In this document: positions 25,854 through 32,000 of the stretch, piece by piece
How the letters are laid out: every line of letters begins with the position of its first letter
How positions within the stretch are numbered: the first letter of the stretch is position 1
Assembly (NCBI GenBank): GCA_965219535.1
Contig: CBDCNV010000002.1
Span: forward strand, 600,001 to 632,000
Reading direction: 5' to 3'
Length of the DNA stretch: 32,000 bases
Source of the DNA: Opitutales bacterium
GTDB taxonomy: Bacteria; Verrucomicrobiota; Verrucomicrobiia; Opitutales; PNEW01
Made by a program: the position numbers and the translations under genes
Notes under the pieces: generated by a model
Told to the model about the DNA's origin: nothing
The model's input: the letters and a program-made list of their open reading frames with translations, nothing else
Databases searched by the model: none

Positions 25854-26294
25854 TTATTTTTCTTCATAGGCTATATTTGATTCTCCAACGATAAAACTGT
25901 CATTCCAATCCTGTTTTTCACGTTTCTCTTGAAGACTTTGAATTAAGCGTTTCAATCCGTTCTCTAACTTGAATGCTAAAGTGTCAGCTTTTTCGTAATC
26001 CTCATTTGTGATTTGATTTGCTCCGACGTATGCATGAAGACCTGAAACAGATTCTCCCGCAGAACTTAATGCAATGTTAAGAAATTGAAGATATTCATTA
26101 ATAGTACGCCTACAGTACCCCTCTGCGATATTTCTATGAATGGAATCGACAGAAGCAATCTGCTGTGAAGCAACTTTCTTTAATTCAAACGGGAAATCTA
26201 AAAAGATTTTACAAGTTAATACATAGTATTCGATTGCATCCTCCCATACTCGCAGTTTTCGATATCCACGATTGATGTTCTTACGTTTAGCCAT
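25854..26294 (-). CDS. four-helix-bundle protein (23S rRNA intervening-sequence protein family)
   Basis: YRKLRVWEDAIEYY...FP..E....SQQIASVDSIHRNIAEGYCRRT..EYLQFLNIALSSAGE matches the family signature (yrkL.vW......fP..e...l..Q..ra..Si..NIAEG). The ATG at 26292-26294 is preferred over the GTG at 26306. Confidence 0.85.
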   Translation of the reverse strand: MAKRKNINRGYRKLRVWEDAIEYYVLTCKIFLDFPFELKKVASQQIASVDSIHRNIAEGYCRRTINEYLQFLNIALSSAGESVSGLHAYVGANQITNEDYEKADTLAFKLENGLKRLIQSLQEKREKQDWNDSFIVGESNIAYEEK

Positions 26295-26303
26295 ATTCAA
26301 TTT

Positions 26304-26345
26304 CACCAGTCATCCACACATCTATCCATCCATGCTTCCTTTAAC
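26304..26345. repeat. pyrimidine-rich (CCATCC/CTTCC) arm starting CACCAGTCATCC, 5' flank of the four-helix-bundle gene
   Basis: caccagtcatccacacatctatccatccatgcttcctttaac. Its reverse complement aligns at ~2/3 identity, by hand, with the inner end of 25797-25850. Confidence 0.55.
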
Positions 26346-26358
26346 ACTCGTTTCTCGA

Positions 26359-26967
26359 TCAGATTCGACTTAACTGTTCAAGATCAATCTCTCCTGATAC
26401 GATTTTACCTACGGTTTCAACGAGAAAACTGTGCTCTCTTTTGAGGACACGTTTTGACAATGAATCAACAGTATCGTCATCCTTTACGGAGATCGAGGTC
26501 TGGGCAACAATCGGACCGGTGTCATATTCTTCGTCAATAATATGAATAGAAACGCCGGTCTCATTTTCTCCTGCCTTCAGGACCGCTTCATGAACGCGTG
26601 ATCCGTACATTCCCTTGCCTCCATACTTGGGTAGCAAAGCCGGGTGAATATTTATTATTCTCCCTTTGAAATGGTTCAGGATTTTCTCTCCTATTTTCTT
26701 CATATACCCGGCGAGAATTATGAGTTCGACTTCATGCTGTAGTAATGCATCGAGCATGGCATTATCGAGATCATCCGGTGAAGGGTGGGTTTTTGTATTG
26801 AGGATGTAATAGGGAATCTTATCCTTCTTTGCTCTCTCGACTGCACCGGCATCACCGTTGTTACTAATCACGATGACTGGGTTTGCGTTCAGGATGCCAT
26901 CTTTACAAGCATCAATTACAGCTTGCATGTTGCTTCCATTATGCGATGCAAAAAAACCGAGATTCAT
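26359..26967 (-). CDS. purN: phosphoribosylglycinamide formyltransferase
   Basis: GSNMQAVIDAC and NIHPALLPKYGGKGMYG motifs; length 202 aa. Confidence 0.9.
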   Translation of the reverse strand: MNLGFFASHNGSNMQAVIDACKDGILNANPVIVISNNGDAGAVERAKKDKIPYYILNTKTHPSPDDLDNAMLDALLQHEVELIILAGYMKKIGEKILNHFKGRIINIHPALLPKYGGKGMYGSRVHEAVLKAGENETGVSIHIIDEEYDTGPIVAQTSISVKDDDTVDSLSKRVLKREHSFLVETVGKIVSGEIDLEQLSRI

Positions 26968-27025
26968 TGGATTTATTTTCTAATTACTATTCTTACATCA
27001 GTTTGAGGTCCAGTAATCTAAACAG

Positions 27026-27472
27026 CTATTTATTATAAGGGGGGTCCTGCGCCAGTCGTTTCCCCATGCTCAGAACTTCATCATCGGAATAACCAATACT
27101 TTTATAAAAATCGATCACTTGGTTATTCGTTGATCGTATTTGTAAATTAATTTTAGGACAGCCGAGAGAACTTAATTTTATCTCCGCCTCATCCATCATC
27201 TTTTTCGCGATACCCTGGCGCTGTAAATCAGGTGATACCGCTAAATAATTAATCCAACCGCGGTGTCCTTCATAGCCCACCATGACGGTTGCCACAATGC
27301 AATTATCGATAATGCCTACGAGGAAAAGTTCAGGATCAACTTGCAGTTTGCGGGCAATATCGTGCTTTGGATTATTCGCCGGTACGAGAAGGTGGCAACG
27401 ATGCCAAAGCTCTATGACGCTCTGCTCGTCTTCTGTTTTAAAGGGTCGAATAAATAAATCAGCCGTGATGAT
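27026..27472 (-). CDS. GNAT-family N-acetyltransferase (YpeA-like); start codon unclear
   Basis: The ORF track gives only 89 aa, from the GTG at 27295. The same frame stays open upstream to a TAA at 27494-27496 and encodes IRPFKTEDEQSVIELWHRCHLLVPANNPKHDIARKLQVDPELFLVGIIDNCIVATVMVGYEGHRGW, which is the N-terminal half of the GNAT fold. That extension contains no ATG, GTG or TTG. Confidence 0.6.
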   Translation of the reverse strand: MITADLFIRPFKTEDEQSVIELWHRCHLLVPANNPKHDIARKLQVDPELFLVGIIDNCIVATVMVGYEGHRGWINYLAVSPDLQRQGIAKKMMDEAEIKLSSLGCPKINLQIRSTNNQVIDFYKSIGYSDDEVLSMGKRLAQDPPYNK

Positions 27473-27543
27473 ATTATATACCTTGCAATTTAATTAACCT
27501 GAATGGGTTCTGCTCTTATCAGAACTCACTCCCTAAATCAAAC

Positions 27544-28239
27544 CTAAGGCAGGACCAACTTGCCACCGGGTGCGAGGACGACGACCTTGGCATGCTTAAC
27601 TTCTCTTTCAACCCGATTGGCCCAAACTTCTGCATTCTGTTTAATTGCGGGCCAGGTATTATAGTGGCAGGGGATTACGAGTTTTGGTTCTAATAATTTA
27701 ACCGCGCTCAATGCATCTTCAGGGCCCATTGTGAAGTTGTCTCCAATGGGGACTATGAACAGGTCCACCCCATTTCCTTTATACAATTGCATGTCGGAAA
27801 AAAGGGCGGTATCGCCGGCGATGTAGATATTTTTTTCTTCTGCTCTAATTAAAATACCCGCGGGGTTTCCGCCGTAACTTCCATCGGGCAAACTGGAACT
27901 ATGGTGGGCGAGTGTTAATTTTACATTGCCAAAGATATGTTGGTATCCACCACCAATATTTTGTGCATGGGTTTGATCTTCAGAAAGCCCCTTTGACTGA
28001 AGCCAGTTTATGATTTCATTATTAGCGACCACCTTAGCCTTTGTGCGCGTGGCAATTTCCACCGTATCTTCTATATGGTCTGTATGACCATGGGTAATCA
28101 GGATGGTGTGTGGGTTGACTTCCTCCGCCTTAACATTGGCAACGGGGTTGTTTGTAAAAAACGGATCTACGAGCACAGTTTTACCTGCGATTTCAAAGAT
28201 ATGGGTTGCGTGCCCGATATAGCGATAAGTTATAGCCAT
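27544..28239 (-). CDS. metallo-beta-lactamase-fold hydrolase (UPF0173 family)
   Basis: ILITHGHTDH (HxHxDH) motif, YIGHATHIFEIAGK N-terminus, 231 aa. Confidence 0.85.
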   Translation of the reverse strand: MAITYRYIGHATHIFEIAGKTVLVDPFFTNNPVANVKAEEVNPHTILITHGHTDHIEDTVEIATRTKAKVVANNEIINWLQSKGLSEDQTHAQNIGGGYQHIFGNVKLTLAHHSSSLPDGSYGGNPAGILIRAEEKNIYIAGDTALFSDMQLYKGNGVDLFIVPIGDNFTMGPEDALSAVKLLEPKLVIPCHYNTWPAIKQNAEVWANRVEREVKHAKVVVLAPGGKLVLP

Positions 28240-28340
28240 GTGATTTTAATGAATATTTAAAAATAAGCATTGGCGCAAAAGCTGGTCAAGAGGGAACTGA
28301 ATTTAAGATTATGAGTGTATGCGGAAATGCGGATAGGGAT

Positions 28341-28664
28341 TCATAATTTCCTGCTCCAGATTATTGTCTGAATTAATGGAACAAAAACAATGAATATAGA
28401 TAAAAAATATAAATATCTATTATCTGGCTCCAATGGGAAAGACAATCCGACTAGTCCAATCAAGAGAATAGGAAAGGACCAAATAATTATCCACTTTCCC
28501 CCATAACGATTGATGAGATACCAATTAGCTTCAGATTCATAGGCTTTAGCTATACGAATACCGTAATAAGGGTTCATGGAAATTTTTTGTAATACTAAGG
28601 GTATGGATATACTGATATATATTAAGGCACAAAAAATCACAGTAAATTCATTTATATTATTCAC
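28341..28664 (-). CDS. small multi-pass membrane protein, SdpI/YhfL-like
   Basis: 107 aa with GTG start. NPYYGIRIAKAY ... W...NRYGGKW resembles the SdpI-family core and is flanked by TM segments. Confidence 0.45.
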   Translation of the reverse strand: MNNINEFTVIFCALIYISISIPLVLQKISMNPYYGIRIAKAYESEANWYLINRYGGKWIIIWSFPILLIGLVGLSFPLEPDNRYLYFLSIFIVFVPLIQTIIWSRKL

Positions 28665-28793
28665 CCTTCCATCCCTTCATTATAACATCTATGATGCCAA
28701 CCATTCAAACCACTTGCCGTGTCCGTGAACCTTGGCGATAGGTTCCTCATGTATTTTACCATTTTGGAAATAACTTAAATGAAGGGTAGGGTG
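28662..28793. repeat. inverted repeat of GGATGGAAGG-type words around a 96-bp spacer
   Basis: cacccttccatcccttcatt (28662-28681) versus aatgaagggtagggtg (28778-28793): 15/16 match with a 4-nt indel. The spacer contains ccgtgtccgtgaacc. Confidence 0.5.
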
Positions 28794-28908
28794 TATATTA
28801 TTGTAGAGGTGATAAATGTCCCTCTTTGCGCCTTCCTTTGCGATAATATCAAATAATGGGAACTACGTAGATAACTTGACAAAAATCGTAATTATTTAAA
28901 TACAAAAC

Positions 28909-28937
28909 TTGACAGAATACCGATACTGAGTTATAGT
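28909..28937 (+). promoter_or_regulatory. near-consensus sigma70-type promoter for the IS1595-family transposase gene
   Basis: TTGACA (28909-28914), a 17-nt spacer, then TATAGT (28932-28937). The ATG at 28944 lies 6 nt after the -10 box, which implies a leaderless or near-leaderless mRNA. Confidence 0.55.
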
Positions 28938-28943
28938 ATTTGT

Positions 28944-29840
28944 ATGAAAGCAAAAAAGAAACCCACTGGATTAAGTCTATACCAAATCATGGAAAAATAT
29001 AAAACCAAGGAAGATGCTCTTAGGTATTTTGAGAAAATTCGTTGGGGGAATAAACCCACATGCACTAAATGTGGTTGTGATAGTAAGATCACGCATCAAA
29101 AGGAAAAAGGTAAATATTGGTGTGGATCGTGCCGTGGTTATTTTAATGCTTTAACAGGAACACCCTTGGAAAGAAACAGGGTTAAAGATTTACGCAAGTG
29201 GATTTATGTTGCTTATACCTTGATGACATCACGTAAAGGCATATCTAGTGTTCAACTTGCTCAGGAACTAGGCGTTCAGCAAAGAACAGCTTGGTATATG
29301 CTTCACCGGTTGCGTTTGGCTTGTGATAATAGCTTGCAGGCGTTGCGTGGATCGGTCGAAATAGATGAAACATATATTGGCGGAAAAGAGAATAATAAAC
29401 ATAGCAATAAAAAATTGAAATCAGGTCGAGGTGCAGTAGGCAAACAAGCTATAATCGGAATGAGAGAACGTAAGGGACGGGTTAAGGCTATGCCGATTGA
29501 GAGCACAGACCAACGCACTCTACACAGTGTGATTAGTAAAAATATATATACTGAATCTACTCTTTACACGGATGATCATAGGGGATACATTGGACTAAAA
29601 GGATTTTACCATAATCATAAAAGTGTGAAACACTCCGCTAAGGAATTTGTAAACGGTATGGCACATACTAATGGTATTGAATCTATATGGGCGATTTTAA
29701 AGCGTGGATACTATGGTGTTTATCATAACTGGAGCAGGAAACATTGCCAGCAGTATATCAATGAGTTTACTTTTCGTTTGAATGAGGGTAACTCTTCTAG
29801 GGATATGATCGGACCCCGTTTTTCGTACCAATTTAAGTGA
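28944..29840 (+). CDS. IS1595-family (ISXO2-like) transposase, 3' end replaced by IS3 sequence
   Basis: N-terminal zinc ribbon (CTKCGC...CGSCRGYF), a DDE region (VEIDETYIGG, LYTDDHRGY, NGIESIWAILKR) and NEFTFRLNEGN. The last ~12 codons lie inside the IS3 terminal repeat. Confidence 0.85.
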   Translation: MKAKKKPTGLSLYQIMEKYKTKEDALRYFEKIRWGNKPTCTKCGCDSKITHQKEKGKYWCGSCRGYFNALTGTPLERNRVKDLRKWIYVAYTLMTSRKGISSVQLAQELGVQQRTAWYMLHRLRLACDNSLQALRGSVEIDETYIGGKENNKHSNKKLKSGRGAVGKQAIIGMRERKGRVKAMPIESTDQRTLHSVISKNIYTESTLYTDDHRGYIGLKGFYHNHKSVKHSAKEFVNGMAHTNGIESIWAILKRGYYGVYHNWSRKHCQQYINEFTFRLNEGNSSRDMIGPRFSYQFK

Positions 29841-30798
29841 GAGAGTAACCGGGTGTTAATGGTTTTAGGATTGATGTATATGAGAGATCTTGGCGAAGTG
29901 AGGGCGTAGCCCGAACGCGGCCAAGATCGGAAAGGAATCTGACAAACTCTTGTGGGCTTTTGAAGCCTAAACGACTGTGGGGATGTTCATGGTTATAGGT
30001 CTGACGCCATTGTTCGATTACCACTTGCGCTTCAGCCACGCTGAGCAACACTTCACGGTTCAAACACTCATCGCGTAAGCGGTTGTGAAACGACTCGATG
30101 AAACCGTTTTGCCAGGGACTGCCCGGATCGATATAGATCGCCTTTATGTTATTACCGGACAACCACTGCTGCACTTGATGAGCAATGAACTCACTGCCGT
30201 TGTCACTACGGATATAGCTGGGAGGTCCCTCCTCTTCAATGGCCTCGCTAAGCACAGAGAGGACATCGGTTGAGGTGAGTTGACGAGCGACCCGGATATC
30301 CAGGCATTTACGCGTATATGTCTTCGCTTCGCTTGAGTGTCGTCGCTTTCAGCTCCTCGGTACATCGATTAGAGTCATCATCTTTAATGGACCGCCGTTG
30401 TCTGTACGATCATGGACAAAGTCCCAGGACCAAACGTGATTGCGACCCTTTGCTTTAGTAGGTGACCCCGTAGAGACTCCTTGACGGTGTCTGCCCTTTT
30501 TCGGGGGCTTTACCTGCAGCCCTTCTGAACGTCGTACCGCCTGGACAAACTTCCTGCTTGTTGTCCAGCCTTCCTTTACCAGCAAGGCACGGATGCGCCG
30601 GTAACCGTAGCGGGGATGTTTCCAGGACAAGCTCACAATCCGCTCGACCAACCGCTGAGCTTTCTCACTGGCCTGTTTGGGCCGGTAACTGAACGTTGAC
30701 CAACTCAGGCTGAGATAAGCACAAGCCCTCCGCAACGAGCACAACCCTTTCTCAGCCGCAGCTTTTACTACTCGTTTCTTCTGCTTTGGGCTCACCAT
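29833..30798 (-). pseudogene. IS3-family orfB (HTH_21 + rve integrase core) with one in-frame TGA
   Basis: ORFs 30349-30798 and 29833-30255 are in the same frame. Reading across gives ...LKMMTLIDVPRS*KRRHSSEAKTYTRKCLDIRVARQLTSTDVLSVLSEAIEEEGPPSYIRSDNGSEF..., with the TGA at 30349-30351. Confidence 0.85.
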
Positions 30799-31085
30799 TT
30801 TTTTGACAGCGTTTCCTCCATTACCTGATTCTTGAGCATTTGATCTGCGAGCAGCTTCTTCAGCTCGGTATGTCAGGCCTTCTCGCTTGCGCTCGTGAAT
30901 TCTTTTTCCAGCTCTTTAAATCGCTTCGCATCGGCAAGTTCTAAATTGCCATATTTTTTACGCCAGCGATAGAAAGTCTGTTCGCTCAGGTTGTTTCCAC
31001 GGCAGATTTCCTGTACCGTTTTACCGGTATCGGCTTGCCGCAATATTGTTATAATCTGTTCTGTTGTGTATCTTTTTCTTTTCAT
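30792..31085 (-). pseudogene. IS3-family orfA (HTH transposase) with one in-frame TGA
   Basis: MKRKRYTTEQIITILRQ...YRWRKKYG...KELEKEFTSASEKA*HTELKKLLADQMLKNQVMEETLSKKW*. The in-frame TGA is at 30873-30875 and the natural stop at 30792-30794. Confidence 0.8.
30798..30804 (-). promoter_or_regulatory. A AAA AAA slippery heptamer for -1 frameshifting between orfA and orfB
   Basis: On the minus strand: TC-A-AAA-AAA-TGG-TGA in the orfA frame. The -1 frame continues AAA AAA ATG GTG AGC CCA AAG (KKMVSPK...), which is the start of orfB. Confidence 0.7.
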
Positions 31086-31123
31086 TGAGGTTATCTGTTT
31101 ATCCCGATAACCTCTCTCTGTAA

Positions 31124-31525
31124 ATGATACGATTTTTGGGGGTCACTCCACCAGAATATAAAACAAAAGAAAGCAAAGTTTGGTATGTTTCTATGGGGTC
31201 AGGAGCACCGATTGCTGATCCTTTTTTAGGATTTCTACGCCATGTTTTTTGGCCAGATAAGCCACCTCCGCTAAGTGAAGGAAAATTTTACGTATGTTTA
31301 GCTTTAGACCATGTCATTCATCTTAATACAGGTGGAATAAAAGGTCCAAAACAGGTTGCAGAAATACGGAAGGATAAAAAGGATAATTTCAAAGCATCAA
31401 TAGTAGATGACATAGAAATGAACGATCATACAGACAATGTACGAAGTCTTTATGACTACATTAGGGGTTATCTAAAAAAAGACGAGAAGTCTGGTTCAAA
31501 AAAGCCAGTATTAAGCCCCGAATAG
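31124..31525 (+). pseudogene. 3' fragment of an unidentified gene (possibly Ntn-hydrolase/proteasome-beta-like), 5' end replaced by the IS3 terminus
   Basis: The first 9 codons (MIRFLGVTP) are encoded by the IS3 inverted repeat, so native sequence begins at 31151. SMGSGAPIADPFLGFL...LSEGKFYVCLALDHVI...GGIKGP.QVAEI loosely recalls the C-terminal half of proteasome-type subunits. This is a weak call. Confidence 0.3.
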
Positions 31526-31752
31526 AATCAAACCTAATGAATGCCAAATGAGCAACACACAAAAGAAAATCGACAAAGCAGCTAAGGCATTAATGAAGAT
31601 GCCTGCACCCAAAGAGCATATAAGGCCAATCCCGACTAAGAAGGAATTAGAAAAGAAATTCGTTATGCGAGTAGATCGGAAGGGCAAGCCATCTATGCGT
31701 GAAGTCAAATAATGTATGATGTGGGATTAACTTGTGTTAGCCGTTTGTCAAC

Positions 31753-32000
31753 TTAGCTACATAAGTCCCCAAATAATTTATTCTTTGCTTCCCGAGATAA
31801 TTGATTCGCCACATGGGTATGAAAAATGCAGAGGGCGGTATTATGCGGAGCCTTGGCAATTACATCGGGAAGAATATCAATGGCGTCGCCGGTGAAAAGT
31901 CGGGGTGGTCTCTCGGTGAATATTTCTTTTGCCGCGGCCAAGAGACCGATGCGCTCTTTTTCCTCTGGCCAGATTAACGCTCTCAACCACAGACTCTGAT
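31753..32000 (-). CDS. DUF2332-like protein, partial (5' end beyond the window), probably 3'-truncated
   Basis: The frame is open to the window edge. LWLRALIWPEEKERIGLLAAAKEIFTERPPRLFTGDAIDILPDVIAKAPHNTALCIFHTHVANQL matches the DUF2332 pattern (L.AYVWPD...R..RL.AA....R..PP.L..GDA..WL......L.V..HS.V..YL). It ends ~20 aa after that motif. Confidence 0.5.
   Translation of the reverse strand, partial: QSLWLRALIWPEEKERIGLLAAAKEIFTERPPRLFTGDAIDILPDVIAKAPHNTALCIFHTHVANQLSREAKNKLFGDLCS

Larger units (their letters stand above)
29806..31150 (-). mobile_element. IS3-family insertion sequence (~1.35 kb), both ORFs interrupted
   Basis: Candidate imperfect IRs both start with TG: TGATCGGACCCCGTTTTTCGTACCAATTTAAGTGAGAGAG (plus strand from 29806) versus TGGAGTGACCCCCAAAAATCGTATCATTTACAGAGAGAGG (minus strand from 31150). 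OrfA and orfB show the typical -1 arrangement. Boundaries are accurate to within a few bp. Confidence 0.75.

Noticed and set aside
22231-26345. Short repeated words in successive spacers considered as a CRISPR-like array
   Set aside because: The repeats are 8-12-nt degenerate words with irregular spacing, separated by full-length genes. There is no constant 25-40-nt repeat, no regular spacers and no cas genes.
30349-30875. In-frame TGA codons in the IS3 ORFs as evidence for TGA recoding (Trp/Gly/Sec)
   Set aside because: Many well-supported genes in the window terminate at TGA at the expected position (for example the CADD-like gene, folP, pcd, and the 0-frame orfA stop). No SECIS-like context was recognised. 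Pseudogenisation is the simpler explanation.
31511-31708. 65-aa hydrophobic minus-strand ORF, against a 54-aa Lys-rich plus-strand ORF (31548-31712) on the same DNA
   Set aside because: Neither has a recognisable motif or a convincing ribosome-binding site, and they exclude each other. I left both unannotated.

Overview
Gene-dense chromosomal window, moderately AT-rich by eye, with genes on both strands. I saw no rRNA, tRNA or CRISPR array. The gene content (Cys-type sulfatase, two PhyH-family dioxygenases, a bacterial RRM protein, a CADD-type gene in a folate operon, a four-helix-bundle IVS-type protein) suggests a marine heterotroph of the PVC group (Lentisphaerae/Verrucomicrobia/Planctomycetes-like). 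That placement is inference only. From 1 to 22 kb the genes are mostly metabolic: adenine deaminase (partial), PhyH dioxygenases, malate synthase, 3-hydroxyacyl-CoA dehydrogenase, sulfatase, TIM-barrel isomerase, ArgE-like M20 peptidase, threonine dehydratase-like enzyme, Nudix hydrolase and a CADD-folP-folK operon. This stretch also holds a secreted PHM/DBH-like protein, a frameshifted fusion of an ABC substrate-binding protein to its permease, and a truncated FliM-like ORF. From 22.2 to 27.0 kb every intergenic spacer is built from the same short words (GTGATCAGT, CAGTGAACAG, GGAAGG/GGATGG). Two of these spacers are full-length ~135-bp miniature elements with 12-bp terminal inverted repeats, in inverted orientation, bracketing a two-gene module and ending 6-7 nt before both start codons. 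A four-helix-bundle (23S rRNA intervening-sequence family) gene sits between inverted arms made of the same words. From 28.9 to 32 kb there is an IS-driven decay zone: a 3'-truncated IS1595-family transposase gene abutted by an IS3-family element whose two ORFs each carry one in-frame TGA, followed by two gene remnants. I did not find a convincing new multi-gene system such as a defence island. The most unusual signals are the word-based repeat/MITE family and its relation to gene starts and to the IVS-type gene.
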